Shown here: one piece after another, positions 30,518 through 42,621 of the stretch
Layout of the letters: the number at the start of each line of letters is the position of its first letter
How positions within the stretch are numbered: position 1 is the first letter of the stretch
Source of the DNA: Cladosporium halotolerans
Lineage: Eukaryota
Assembly: GCF_011745625.1 (NCBI RefSeq)
Contig: NW_027191454.1
Location: forward strand, 682,001-746,000
Reading direction: 5' to 3'
DNA length: 64,000 nt
Notes under the pieces: model-generated
The model's input: the letters and a program-made list of their open reading frames with translations, nothing else
Told to the model about the DNA's origin: nothing
Database searches by the model: none
Translations under genes and position numbers: made by a program

Positions 30518-32573
30518 GTTCGGAGGCTGGAGGATTGCTCTGAGATGGCGTGAATGATTGGGATGCTGATGGATGAAGATTTGGGTACGAAAGGTGGTGT
30601 TTTGTTTGGGAGAGAGAGGTGACGAGTGAAGGCATGGCAACCTCTCCGCGCGCGCACGCTTTTGTTGCCGGTGGCCGGCGCACTGGTTACTTCAACAACG
30701 ACTACAGCAGGAAGGTGCCGTAACAGGAAAGAGCGACCGGAAGTCGTCGATGTGAATGTTTCGCAGGCCTCATCTCATGACTGCGGGTTTGCCCCCAAAG
30801 GAGCAAGTTTGTTCATTCATTATTCACAAGCCATTAGTCCTACCTCTGCTGCCCATTCACCGCCCAAGTCGTTCAAAGAATTGAATTGTATCGAAGCGCC
30901 GCTCCTCCATATTCGCTTTCAGCTTCCAGGGTATTATACATCTCTTGAAGACGTCGTTCTAATATCTCGCGGCGTAAACGCTCGGATCTGCATCTCTCAT
31001 CCAGCGCCCTCTTCATACAGCGTCGTCAAAATGGTATCGCATTGCTTATTCTTCCCGACGTGTCGGCTGGATATGCGAGCATCTTCTTGCCAGCTTCTGA
31101 GACGCAGCAACCGCAGAAGATCGCAGCTGGCCAGCAAATGATCTGAGACACAATCAGAGACGCGCGAACGGAGTAAGAGTGAATCGTGAGGCATACAGCG
31201 AGGAGTATACCTAGAATGAAGCCAAGGGTGGGCCCAACAACTTTCACATGGCAAGGGTTCTGATCTTCATCATGTCAGTGCGCGTCGGCCGCACAGGACT
31301 TGGTGGGCTCACTTGTGCCGCATTGAATGCACACCACTGGCAGAGGGAGGAAGCCGCAATCCGCCATTGCGACAGTCGAAGATATCTGTTGCTAGACTTG
31401 AGAAGTGTTCGGGTTACAGATAAGGCGAGCGATTTGGTGCGATGTGCAAGATTACAAAAGCGCTGCAAAGTATGAGAAGGCAGACTCGACCTGAGTGATG
31501 CTCAAGAGGTGTATACTCTAGCTCGGCAGGCGTGAATGATGGTGAAGCTTACGCAGCTGCTCGAGTGAATGCAAGTCGCATAAACGCGTTGCAGACCGAG
31601 AAGTGACGTGTGTAAGTGAGCTAACGTTGAGCTTATTTCCAAAGCTTGTTTTTTGTGAGCCTCAGATTGCGTGCCAGCTTCCTAGAAATCCCACCCATCC
31701 ATGACGGCTAGCGCCATGCGCCAGATCGACTATCAACGACATCGCGCCGCTGCACGTTTTCGACAAAGGCTCAAAAATGGAGAGTGAAGAGGACCCTGGC
31801 TCAAACCCCCGAGTGGCTTTCGACTCTCCGCTACCTGGGTACGAAAGCCGTGCGGCCTCATCCAGTCTCGCGACCCTTATTCCCGAGATCGTTGCCAGCG
31901 CTGCACAATCAGCCGTTCTGGATGCATGCCTTAGCATCGAACCATATGCCCCAGCATTGAGCACCTCTGAAAGCATGCAGGCATGAGACAAGCGAGGATA
32001 CCTAGAACAAATCATGCATTTTCGGGTGCAAGTTCCAATGGCCGAGCACATGGGTTTTGAGCCTCAAGAATGGGCCCTATGGGGTCTTTGAAACAGGGCG
32101 TGACAATCAAGTGTCCCGCGATACATGATGAGTGATCAAAATATTCCGCCGCCCGAGGCACCGCCATCGCTGGGCTGGCAGCCCTAGCGCGTGTTTACTA
32201 TCATAAAGCTTAAAGAGGGGATAGCCGAGGCAGCAGGCTTTCCCTTTCGTACGAGTGCTCTTTCCCAGGTAACGCGCCAATTAATATTGATCAGGGATTC
32301 TTCCAATGTGGGGGACTAACTCACTGCCACTTGCGGACGTGAACCCTCGTCGGCTGTGACTTCGTTCAAGATTGCCTAGCGGGCCACATGGCCAAGGGAG
32401 CGGATGCCAATGCCGCGTACCTTTAACATCAATCGCTTTACCGGGCCTATTTCATCTTTCAATTTCTAGACGATATAAAAATATTGGAATGAGTCTTTGC
32501 CCACTTCTTGCACCTCAACTCAGCCGATGAAGGAGGCCACGGCCCAAGAACACAAAATATCACACCCATCGCT

Positions 32574-34249
32574 ATGATCAATGAAAGCACCAGCACCGGC
32601 GACGAAACCGAGACTAAGATGGATGCAATTGAGGCTTCCAGTCGCAGCAGCAGCCTTCGAAGGACTCACGGTTCTGGCGACCTCGAGAAGGCAAAAGTTG
32701 ATGCGGTTTCCTCTGAGCCGCTTCGTAGAACGATAACGGCTCAAGACTGGAACGGACCAGACGACCCAGAAAACCCGCTCAATTGGTAAGGCGTAACGAA
32801 GGAACAAGGCCATCACACTGCGTGTTTGCTGACTGACCAACTTCGCGTTACAGGAGCCTCATGAAAAAGGCTTATCACACAGCTGCAACCGCCTGCCTGG
32901 GATTCGCAGTGACGTGTGGCTCATCTCTCATTACGCCCGCAACGCCCGAAATTGCCGAACAATTCAATGTGTCGCGTACAGCTTCGATACTCGCTCTTTC
33001 GCTATATGTCCTCGGACTGGGGCTCGGGCCAATGATAGCTGCGCCTATCTCAGAGATGTACGGTCGATCCGTCGTGTACAAGGTGTCGTCATGCGTCTTC
33101 ATGCTCTTCATTCTGGGTGCTGGATTCAGCAAATCGTTTGGCGCTCTCCTTGTCTGCCGACTCCTGGCAGGCATTTTAGGCGGGCCAGTACTTGCAGTTG
33201 GTGCTGGTACGAACGCCGACATGTATACCAGCAAAAGCAGAGCGATCGCATCTTCCCTGTTCATCATGATGCCGGTAAGTACGGTACTTTTATGCACTGA
33301 AACTTCACTGACTCTCGCACAGTTCTTGGGACCGGCTCTGGGCCCCGTCATAGGCGGCTTCGCGGCGCAATTTCGAGGGTGGCGCTGGACACAATGGTGC
33401 ACCTTATTCATTGCTCTGGCTGTCACCGCCATGGTCATGTTCATGTCAGAGACCTACAAGAAAATCATCTTGATACGACGCGCTAAACGGCTCAACATCG
33501 CTGCTCCCCAACAGAACAGCCCGACAGGTCTTGCTGCTGTCAAGATGCTGATGACAATCACTCTGATACGACCTCTCAACATGCTCGCTACAGAACCAAC
33601 TGTATTCCTCTTCAGCCTCTACACTGCTTTCACCTTTTCGGTGCTATTTGGATTCTTCGCCGCTTATCCGTACACGTTCCAAAACGTGTATGGTTTCAAC
33701 ACATGGCAGTATGGGTTGACGTTCCTAGGGATTGGACTCGGCGTGGTCTTAGCAGTCGTCACGAACATCTTGGTCGACAAGCTCTACTACGCCAAACATC
33801 ACGCGCGGATCTTAAAGGAAGGTCGGACTGCTGTTCCACCGGAGTACAGGCTCATGTGCGCACAGATGGGTTGCTTTGGCATACCGATCGGCCTGTTCTG
33901 GTTCGCGTGGTCCGCACGCAGTGACGTACACTGGATCTCACCCGTCCTGGCCGGAATACCTTTTGCATGGGGCAATCTTTGCATCTTCCTCAGCGCTGCG
34001 CTTTACTTCATCGATACCTACGGTCCGCTCAATGGTGCCTCTGCAATGGCAGCCAACGGAGTCGCTCGTTACACGCTTGGAGCCGCATTCCCCTTGTTCA
34101 CGTTCCAGATGTATTCGCGGCTTGGGATTGCGTGGGCAACAAGTCTTTTTGGTTTCATCAGTGTGGCCATGGTGCCTATCCCGTGGTTGTTCTACAAATA
34201 TGGCGAACGTATTAGGGCGAAAAGTCGATACGATACGGTGAAGTTCTGA
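32574..34249 (+). CDS. MFS drug:H+ antiporter DHA1 family (TPO/FLR1-like)
   Basis: Exons 32574-32785, 32854-33274, 33323-34249. Motifs WNGPDDPENPLNW, APISEMYGR, FLGPALGPVIGG, MSETYKKIIL, PPEYRL, YKYGERIRAKS. Confidence 0.9.
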
Positions 34250-34701
34250 GGGCTTCTTTTGCGATACCTGCACAAAAACACAGGTTTCGGATATACGAGA
34301 TTTTCCATCATTTGTGTCTGGGTGTAGTAAGCTCAAACAAGTTAACATCCTACAACCACCCACCACGTCAATCAACTGCGTTCAAGCCAAAGAGTATTCT
34401 CTTTTGCCAGCGTGAAGCAATCTCTCTGTGACATGATTCTCATGGGAAATCGAGATCCTATGATTCTATATCACACAATCCATGTTACACTATTCCTACG
34501 TCCAAACGATACCAATCGTTCCATGCTGTGGTTGGAGATATGATGTACATGATTACTTGGCTGACTAAGGTATCTCTCAACGTCATCGCCAATTGTGAAT
34601 TCCGAGAGACCTGGAGTTGCAACAGTTCTGAGAGATGCGCGAGCAGCTACATTCATAGCAATTGCGATCACTCAAATTCGCCACACTATTCACTTCCAGC
34701 C

Positions 34702-35510
34702 ATGGCGACTGTATTAGCACCTAGTAGGACAATTCTGTCATTGCACTGCCAAAGACTCGCGCCGCGTATATCGCAATCCATACCCAAGCGCGCGGTGTCG
34801 ACCTTACCGAACAACAAGCACATTGTATGCAACGCAGATGCTTCACAGAGAAGACAGCAAGCTAACAGACGCAGTACGTTCACGAGCAGCTCGAGGCTAA
34901 GCCTCGCTCTTACCTGCTCTCGTTCCTCACCACCACGCCTCCAAACAGCTCGCTCGCAATTGGTACATCGACGACGAATCCTCCTACTCCCGAAACTCTC
35001 ACCGAAAACCCCGAATTCTTCAAACTCCTCCACTGGACGATCAAAGAGCATGCCGCGCAAGATCCCGACGTCCAAGCGGCAGCAGCCATGTACGCATCTC
35101 AAGCTGGCTCCGCACTAGGCTCTGGCGGCGTCTTCTTCCCTCAGCAGAAGCAGCGCAAGCGTCGCGCATCGAACCAGACATACGGCGGCGGCGGCGGCGC
35201 AGGAGGCGACGGAGCTGGCGGCGCCAGCAGCCAGGGAGGCATGGGAGGAGCAGGGCGAGGCGGGTATATTCACGTCAGCGACCAGCGGAACCCGCCTGAT
35301 TTCGGCCGCGTCGCGTGGCCTGAGGATATCTTCGGCAGCTTAGAAGTGGATGGCGAGGGCAACTTCACAGATGGTCATGGCAGGTACCAAGAGGCTGGGA
35401 CATATCGAGCGTGCACGAACGAGGGCGTGCTGGGACTCAGTCCGTTTCTCAGGGAGAAGCTGGTGCAAAGACTGAAAGAGCTCGATGCGCAGGCGAGACA
35501 ACACGGTTGA
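34702..35510 (+). CDS. Conserved fungal hypothetical protein, probable mitochondrial presequence
   Basis: Exons 34702-34824 and 34875-35510 (intron 34825-34874, GTATGC..GCTAAC..CAG). Arg/Ser-rich N-terminus, Gly-rich linker, GYIHVSDQRNPPDFGRVAWPEDIFGSLEVDG and YRACTNEGVLGLS. Confidence 0.75.
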
Positions 35511-35893
35511 AGAAGCGATTGAGTTGGTATTGCTCAGGCCGCGTATTGGATGAGCTGCAACACCGAAGGCATCAAAATGTACGGGTACAAGCACAGGGAT
35601 TTTCGTGGAGGAAGAAAATAGCCTCTGGGAGAAGTCAGCGTCCCACAAGTTATGACCAACAATTCCGCCACATGGGCCACACAACCATGGCTCTGGCGTG
35701 CATCTAAGGTGCTATCAATTGTAAGAATAGCTATGTACATATATGTCATTACTACTAATGAACCTTGATCAAGCAGATACTGAATAGGCCAACTGCAAAG
35801 TTGACCACAGTTAGTAAGCAGGTATAATGATTCTCACAGGAGCTTACCGCACTTTATATAGACATTTGAGTTACACACATCGAGCACGTGGAG

Positions 35894-36814
35894 ATGCAAC
35901 ACCTCAGAAGCTACTCATCATCAAATACACCAAAAAAGCCGAAATTGTCTGTGGCACTACCCGGCCTACGCAACTTCACACTCATGAAAGTGTTATTGAA
36001 GCGTGATCCCACCTACGAGATGCAACCAGGACCTGCTCCTGACGCTTACCTCCACAACACTATGGTGCCTCGACATTTCAGCAAGACACCGAAGCTGAAG
36101 TCTCTCCCTCCTGATTGCTACCTCAAGAAGACTCTGAGCCCGCGCGTCGGGGTAGATGTCCATGCGCTACTGAAATGGGTCTACACAAAGCATGAACTCA
36201 AGCACTGTCCTAAAATGGGTCTTTACTACGTCGGCTGGGAAGAATGGGAGAAGTACGACGACTGCGAGAAAATCATCGTTCTCGTGGTGGAAATGACCAG
36301 CGATCAAATTGGGCGCTGGAGAGTTATCGACGCAGACGTTATGGGGATTGTAAAATCCCTTCGGTTTGCCGGTATGCCCAGGATTCCCATGCGCTACTAC
36401 GTCTCGCCTGGCTATCCTCGCGCCAACAGGACCGTCGGGGTACCCTCCACCCCGCCCGTCAGGCCCACTGAAAGCATTGCAAATACGTGGGAGCAGTATC
36501 TGAGCGACCTCGCATGGGACTGGAACTACAATTGGATGAGGCTCGGAATGACGAACACCTGGCAAGACGGTACGCTCTCGACGACTAGACATAGGCAGCC
36601 CTCGCCGCGAGCCGAAATGGCTAGATTTAGGGCAGAAACTGCTAGGCGGCGACGTGCGGAGGCCGATTATCAGAACATCGTGGCTTCTGCGAGGCAGCAC
36701 GTTGCTGAATCGTTGCCGATTGTAGAGAGAAGAAGGATCCCCTATGACCCTAGAAGTGATTCATGGCTCAGGGACGACGAAATGGCACCAGCGATTCCGC
36801 GTCATGGACATTGA
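35894..36814 (+). CDS. Hypothetical (orphan-like) protein
   Basis: About 306-aa uninterrupted ORF with a globular-looking central region; no family confidently recognised. Confidence 0.5.
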   Translation: MQHLRSYSSSNTPKKPKLSVALPGLRNFTLMKVLLKRDPTYEMQPGPAPDAYLHNTMVPRHFSKTPKLKSLPPDCYLKKTLSPRVGVDVHALLKWVYTKHELKHCPKMGLYYVGWEEWEKYDDCEKIIVLVVEMTSDQIGRWRVIDADVMGIVKSLRFAGMPRIPMRYYVSPGYPRANRTVGVPSTPPVRPTESIANTWEQYLSDLAWDWNYNWMRLGMTNTWQDGTLSTTRHRQPSPRAEMARFRAETARRRRAEADYQNIVASARQHVAESLPIVERRRIPYDPRSDSWLRDDEMAPAIPRHGH

Positions 36815-37275
36815 CGGATAGTGAGCTGGAAAGTGGTGGAAATGCAGCTCTATCGTGCAGTCGAGTTCGACAAGCATGTCAGGCCTTCGAGAAGCCGCTC
36901 AAACATGTTGAGAGACTGATTGGTGAGTCAAAGTCAACACACGATTGAGTTGTGAAGGACCTTACATAAGTTGGATAGAGGCGATCAACATGAGCCCACT
37001 AATGCGCCCAATCTTGAACAGGAGCAGATTGGCGTTGAGAATATGAAGATATTGTAATGCTGGAGATAGTTGGAAGCAGTAGTCTTTACTTATTAGTCCG
37101 AGCTAGCATGGTAGAATAAAGATGACCTACCCGGGCTTATTTATCAATGAGCACCCATGATTTAGGAGCAGTTCTACATCAGAAAGTTCTTCAAACCAAA
37201 TCAGCAAGTAAAAAACAGCCTTTGCCGCGAGCATCACGCAGCCCGAACCCGTGCCAGCACTACATTAAAGTATGA

Positions 37276-38955
37276 TCAATCGGCTGCGTTCCCTCCCTCG
37301 GGTCGCCACAGCTCCACAATCCACCTCCCATCAGCCGCCCTCCCAATTCCACAAGTCTTCCATTTCGCATCAGTCACGGTCTTCCAAGCATCCCACTCGG
37401 CGCAACCGCACCAGTGGGCGTCATGAATCCCTGGCTCGCGCGAGCTCAACTGAGTTGATGTGCTCTTTCTCTCGCTGAACTCGAAACCAGGCAACAGCGT
37501 GTATCGATGGTTGGCGGGAACATGTCCGTGTCTCACGGTCTTGTGACGCTTGTTCTTACCACTAGCCCATAATTCGCCACAAGCCAGCATTCCTAGACCC
37601 GGTGGGGAGATGAGGCGGACCGCGCTGGCGCTGCTGGGAGACTTGAATTGGATGGTTTCGATCTGAGTCACGCAGTATCTGGAGTGCTTGCTCCATGAAG
37701 AGCCGACTTGCCTATACCCGTGCCGATTAGGCTTCGGTGGAGGCAGAGGCGGAAGGCAGAGCCCTACGTAGTCCTGGGCGCGGTTGCTGAGCAGAGGATG
37801 AAGGTCCAGTGGTGTTGCCGAGGCGGCCGCACGAGTACTGTTGATGCTTCTCACGAGGATGGTCTGCTCCTGCATAGTCGGTGGCTTTGAGGGTATGATG
37901 GAGTACTTGTTGGCTTCCTGTTGTGTCTGAATAAGTGTCGAGGGCGGAGTAATGCGGACACGAGGGACAGGCTGAGCCTGCGATGGGACTGGCTTCAGGG
38001 AGACGGACTCTTTTGAGGAGTTTGACAAGTCCAAGCCCGAGCCATTGGTGCGAAGAGCGGGGTGAATGTGGCTCTGATCGTTTACAGGTTGGGCTCCATG
38101 ACGAGGCGGGACAGCGAGATACTTGCCGGGATGCTCTGGGGTGCGCAAAGGCTGCGATATGACCGGTTTCTGGGCGACCTGCGCTTTTCTCCCATGCCTA
38201 AGGTTTTCAATGCGGCCCGAACGATGTTTGACGGGACTAGGTGCGCGCACATGGTCCTTCGTGCTCCTGGACACATCCAACTTCTCAGGAGCTGCCTGAA
38301 AACTCCATTTTTGGCGACTGTACCGCCAAGCTCTTTTTGCCATGGATTGAGGGACAGCCTCTGCTGCTTTGCTACCATTGGGCTGGTCAGACGCGTTCGT
38401 CTTCGGGTTCTGCTCGCGTCCAGATTCAATTTTCCACGTGCGAAGACTCCACCGCTTCTTGCGGCGATCTTCCGTTTGCTTGTTCCTAAGAGCAGCGGAC
38501 CTCTCCTTCCACTCGGCCTGCCTGTTCTCATGTCTCTTCAAAGTAGGCTCACTAGGCGCCGGAGGCGACAAAATGGGCGCAGATATGGTAATCTTTGTTC
38601 GAGTACGCAGATCTCCATCGGTTTTACGTCTCTTTAACTCCTGTTGCTGGTGCTTGGCATGAATGCCAAATATGGTGTCCATGTGACGATCTTTGCTCTC
38701 TGACAGGTCGAGGGAGCGACGGAGTAGCTTCCGGACAATGCTGAGTCTCAACGTGCGTGACCTCTGAGGCTGAGGGCTTCCAGGTCTTGAAGGAAAGATG
38801 ACCTCTCGTTTGCCAAGTCTGGTTCGAATCGAGTTTACTGATGTTTGTAGATCAAGATGTTCTGGACGTCGCACTACGGTCGCTGAATGGGGGACCACGA
38901 TAACGTTAGGCATGATGGAGAGACCTGGGGCTGGAAAAGTGTATGAGAAGACCAT
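37276..38955 (-). CDS. Hypothetical basic, Pro/Ser/Arg-rich protein
   Basis: 559-aa ORF, largely low-complexity, with a Cys/Trp-containing C-terminus; no domain recognised; exon structure uncertain. Confidence 0.45.
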   Translation of the reverse strand: MVFSYTFPAPGLSIMPNVIVVPHSATVVRRPEHLDLQTSVNSIRTRLGKREVIFPSRPGSPQPQRSRTLRLSIVRKLLRRSLDLSESKDRHMDTIFGIHAKHQQQELKRRKTDGDLRTRTKITISAPILSPPAPSEPTLKRHENRQAEWKERSAALRNKQTEDRRKKRWSLRTWKIESGREQNPKTNASDQPNGSKAAEAVPQSMAKRAWRYSRQKWSFQAAPEKLDVSRSTKDHVRAPSPVKHRSGRIENLRHGRKAQVAQKPVISQPLRTPEHPGKYLAVPPRHGAQPVNDQSHIHPALRTNGSGLDLSNSSKESVSLKPVPSQAQPVPRVRITPPSTLIQTQQEANKYSIIPSKPPTMQEQTILVRSINSTRAAASATPLDLHPLLSNRAQDYVGLCLPPLPPPKPNRHGYRQVGSSWSKHSRYCVTQIETIQFKSPSSASAVRLISPPGLGMLACGELWASGKNKRHKTVRHGHVPANHRYTLLPGFEFSERKSTSTQLSSREPGIHDAHWCGCAEWDAWKTVTDAKWKTCGIGRAADGRWIVELWRPEGGNAAD

Positions 38956-39716
38956 TTGGCAGGATGGGGTGGTTGTTGGTCACTGGGCGGCCAACACATC
39001 AGGTGGGGCGTAGTTTCTAGAAGCAGGGTCTTGACGATTAGAAGAACGTGATGTTGTCAGAAGATTGTAAACACTAGGAGTGTCTGCTGTGAGCATTTGA
39101 TTGCAAGAGATCACCCGTTCGCAATGATACATGTGCTTCTCAGGGTCATATGAGCGCAATCAGCAGAATTCGCCACGTTTGGTCCGAGTAGCATGGCCAT
39201 GTCACATGAATACAATCCATGTGAAATTGGATAGAGGTCTGAAGTCAGAAAGCTGTTGCGATCCGTAATCTGCCCGGATCCTGTGGACAGAAGTATCGAT
39301 TTCCGCAAGGTCTGCTCGAGAGACCTTGGTCACAGTCTGCTGCTGTAGCTGTCGAGCATCCTTTGAAGACTCGGCGACTTCTGCACTCCTGCTTCGCTTG
39401 TGGATCATCTTGGCCGGAAGCATCTTCTAGCTCTTTGCGAGCTCGAGCTCGAATTCGCCATCCTGTGAAGTCGACCTGGGCAAGGACTGTATGCGCCAGC
39501 TCCATCAAGAGCCAGCTCTGACGCGCCTTGTCGCAAACTTGAGAGATTTATGCCCCCCTGGACCCTGCGGTGCTTTTGATGCTATTCCCTCGAACCAAGC
39601 ACTGCCGACATGGTAGCATATCCTTGCTCGCATTATCGATGTGCGGCTCCAGATCAGCTCAGACACACTGAGCAACCATGTTCCAGAAACCTTCCCGTCA
39701 AGTTCTTTCCCGAACC

Positions 39717-40340
39717 TCAGCTCGCAGCCATCCTCCTCCTCTCCAAAATCTCCCCCTTCACTCCCTCCGCCGCAGCCAAAACCTCAATCAGCCTCCCCAC
39801 CCCCTCCCTCCACCCATTCTGCAAGCTCTCGACCTCCCCCTGAAGCCCCGCCTGCCTCTCCCTCCGCTCTCTCTCAACGCCCTCAAGCTCAATCCTCGCC
39901 GCCTCGATCTCCGCCTCCAGGCCCTTCAACAATCCCTCCAGCTGGCTATTGCCCACCAACCACGCATTCTTCCCGTACGTCTCCAGCAGCGCGAGGTTCG
40001 TCTCGCGGCCGCGCAGGTACTCGGCCGACGCGTACGCTTTCTGCAGCGTCGCGCGCCAGACCGCGACGTCGCTGCCGGCCGCGGGCGCGTCGAGGGCTTC
40101 GTACCGGCTGAGGTCGACGCCTGAGTCGCGGGGCTTGCCTTCGGATAGGAGCGCGTGCTCGGTGTCGACTAGGGAGGAGAATTGGGGTTCGCGGAGGGCT
40201 GGGATGGAGGCGTGCAGGGCTGTGGTCGATTCGGATGAGAGTTCGGCTTGCACGAGAGCGTTTGCTGCGGCGAGAGAGTCGGCTGAGGGCGCGGGGTCGA
40301 TGTAGGGGAGGTTGTCGGTTTGGCTTTGTATTAAAGGCAT
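39717..40340 (-). CDS. SPF27: Pre-mRNA splicing factor Spf27/BCAS2 (Cwf7), Prp19 complex
   Basis: DNLPYID N-terminus, GVDLSRYE, NLALLETYGKNAWLVGNSQLE, coiled-coil C-terminus. Confidence 0.9.
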   Translation of the reverse strand: MPLIQSQTDNLPYIDPAPSADSLAAANALVQAELSSESTTALHASIPALREPQFSSLVDTEHALLSEGKPRDSGVDLSRYEALDAPAAGSDVAVWRATLQKAYASAEYLRGRETNLALLETYGKNAWLVGNSQLEGLLKGLEAEIEAARIELEGVERERRERQAGLQGEVESLQNGWREGVGRLIEVLAAAEGVKGEILERRRMAAS

Positions 40341-40796
40341 TGTGGTCGTGGTGTTTTGGTGTGTTGTGGTGATGTTGCGGTGGTCTTGTGTTGGTGAGAA
40401 TTAGTTGTTGCGTTCACATGCAATCTAGCGATGCGCACCAATTGAGTGCAAGAAGCGAGGGCAAGTGAAGTCAAAAGAGTGATGAGAGCTACGTCGCATG
40501 TGATACGGGCTACGCGGCGCTAGTCTAGGCCCACCTCAGGATGAGGGTTGGGTGTCTGTGATCCATGCACCATATATTTCACTGGATATCAGGTCACTAA
40601 ATATTCACTAGAGCATGCCGTTGCAGCAAAATACAAAAAGGCCCCGTAGACCCATTTTGACAATGTCAGTACCGCTATCGAGCATTTCTAAGGAATGACC
40701 CATCTGACCACCTGTTGATTTAGCGTCTCCTTGATATTCGCGTTCTCGTTCACATACTGGTTTCTCACATATCAAACTCCTAGCCAAACAAACAAA

Positions 40797-41734
40797 ATGG
40801 GCAGCATAGATCGCAAATTCCAATATGAAGCCGTCACTGGCTACTTCATGCAAGACGACCCCAAAACCGACCCCGCCACCTTCGACTACGTACGCCCACC
40901 CAACCCGTCCCCCTCTATCCTAAACCAAATCTAACCCCCCTCCCTCAGACAAAACACAACTTCGGCCTCATCCCGCGCTCCTACCCCTCCCCCCCTCCCC
41001 CCTCCACGCCCCAAACCCAATGGCAGCTCTTCGCCGCCCACCTCGCCCACCTAACCGCCACCGCGCCCCCAGCGACAGCCTACAAGCTCCTCTACCTCGC
41101 CCGCCACGGCGAGGGCGAGCACAACGTCGCCGAAGCCCTCTACGGCACCAAAGCCTGGGACGACTACTGGAGCAAGCTGACCGGCGACGGGACGCTGTTC
41201 TGGGACGACGCGCGCCTGACGCCCGTGGGCGAGGGCCAGGCGCGCGACGCGGGCGAGTTCTTCAGGGCGCAGTTTGCGGAGCAGAAGATGCCTGTGCCCG
41301 GCGCGTGGATCGCGAGCCCGCTGATGCGCTGCCTGCGCACGGCCGAGCTGGAGTGGGCGGAGCTGGGGCTCGAGGCGTTTAGGCCGACGATCAAGGAGCT
41401 GGCGAGGGAGGTTATGGGCGAGCATACGTGCGATCGGAGGAGTAGCAGGAGCGTGATCCACGCGGCGTATCCGGATTGGCCGATTGAGGAGGGGTTCACG
41501 GAGGAGGATGAGCTGTGGCGGGCGGATCATCGGGAGACGTTCGCGGAGCATGATGTGCGGACGGTGAGGTTTTTGGACCAGGTTTTCGAGGGCGAGGGGA
41601 GGGAGGCGGGCGTGTTGAGCTTGACGAGCCATTCGGGGGCGATTGCGAGCTTGATGAGGGTTGTGGGGCATAGGGAGTTTAGGCTGGGGACGGGTGGGAT
41701 GGTTCCTGTGCTGGTGAAGGCGACGAGGCTGTGA
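40797..41734 (+). CDS. PMU1: Histidine phosphatase / phosphoglycerate mutase-like protein (Pmu1-like)
   Basis: Exons 40797-40889 and 40949-41734 (intron 40890-40948). Motifs GYFMQDDP, YKLLYLARHGEGEHN, DARLTPVG, SPLMRCLRT, HTCDRRSS, LTSHSG. Confidence 0.85.
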
Positions 41735-41819
41735 GGAGGTTCGGAGGGAGGACGATCGTTGTCAGACAGTGAGATAGAAAACTCCTTGATCTACTTCCAG
41801 TTATGTCACCTTTAATTTT

Positions 41820-42621
41820 TCATCTTTTGACACACAAATCACTCCTGATGACCCATTTCTCCCCTTCCGTCACTTCTTTTCCCTCGTGAAGCATGCAGTC
41901 CCTGCCGTGCCGATGAAGCAGCGCCAAACCCACCTCAAGGTTTGTGACTACAGGAGGAGGCGGTGCTTCACGCCTACTGGGCGGATCAGGGTAAAAGACC
42001 GTTTCGCCACCCTTGCAACCCGTGACTGGCGAAGTGAGATAGAGAAGCAAAGTCCACGTCGTCTTCGCCGGCACGGCGTTGTCTGAAGTGGCAGAGGGGA
42101 ACAACACATTATTAGAATCGTCGTCTAGTGTCTTGTCAGCATGTACGGGGACTTCGACGTCGTTTTTCAAACTCACAATGTTGATCGAAAAACTGCCCCT
42201 TCGAATAGCGGTATATGCGGATGTTCGCGTTCAGCCCCAAGACCTCACCACCCCACAGCTTGGGGTCCTCCGTGGCTGCAATCAGGTCCTTCAACCCCGT
42301 CTCGGACCAGAGTCTCTCAGCAAAGATCGGATCCTCAATCTGAAAACGGTCGTTCACTCTGACCGCGTCGCCCTTTTTGGGGATCCCGGGCGTTGTGGCG
42401 AGGGGCAGGGAGCGCAGGAAAGAGACGTATTTGGCGCAGAGGGTGGATGTCCAGAGGTTGGAGATCGTCACGATCTGGTTTGGGAGGACGGTTTCGAGGC
42501 TCAGCGAGTCTGCGGGCAAGACGGGGTTCATGGGCGGCCAGTTCGGGGCGGGTTGTTGGATCGGCCCTGTGGTGGATTTGGCTGGCTGCTTCTGCTTGGT
42601 GGATTTTGATTTGGGCGCCAT
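41820..42621 (-). CDS. 2OG-Fe(II) oxygenase, prolyl 4-hydroxylase-like
   Basis: Exons 42621-42177 and 42124-41820 (intron 42176-42125). Splicing creates the HxD motif FFDQHYDDS; also TLLLYL, GGETVF, distal His in MLHEG, KWVIRSD. Confidence 0.85.
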
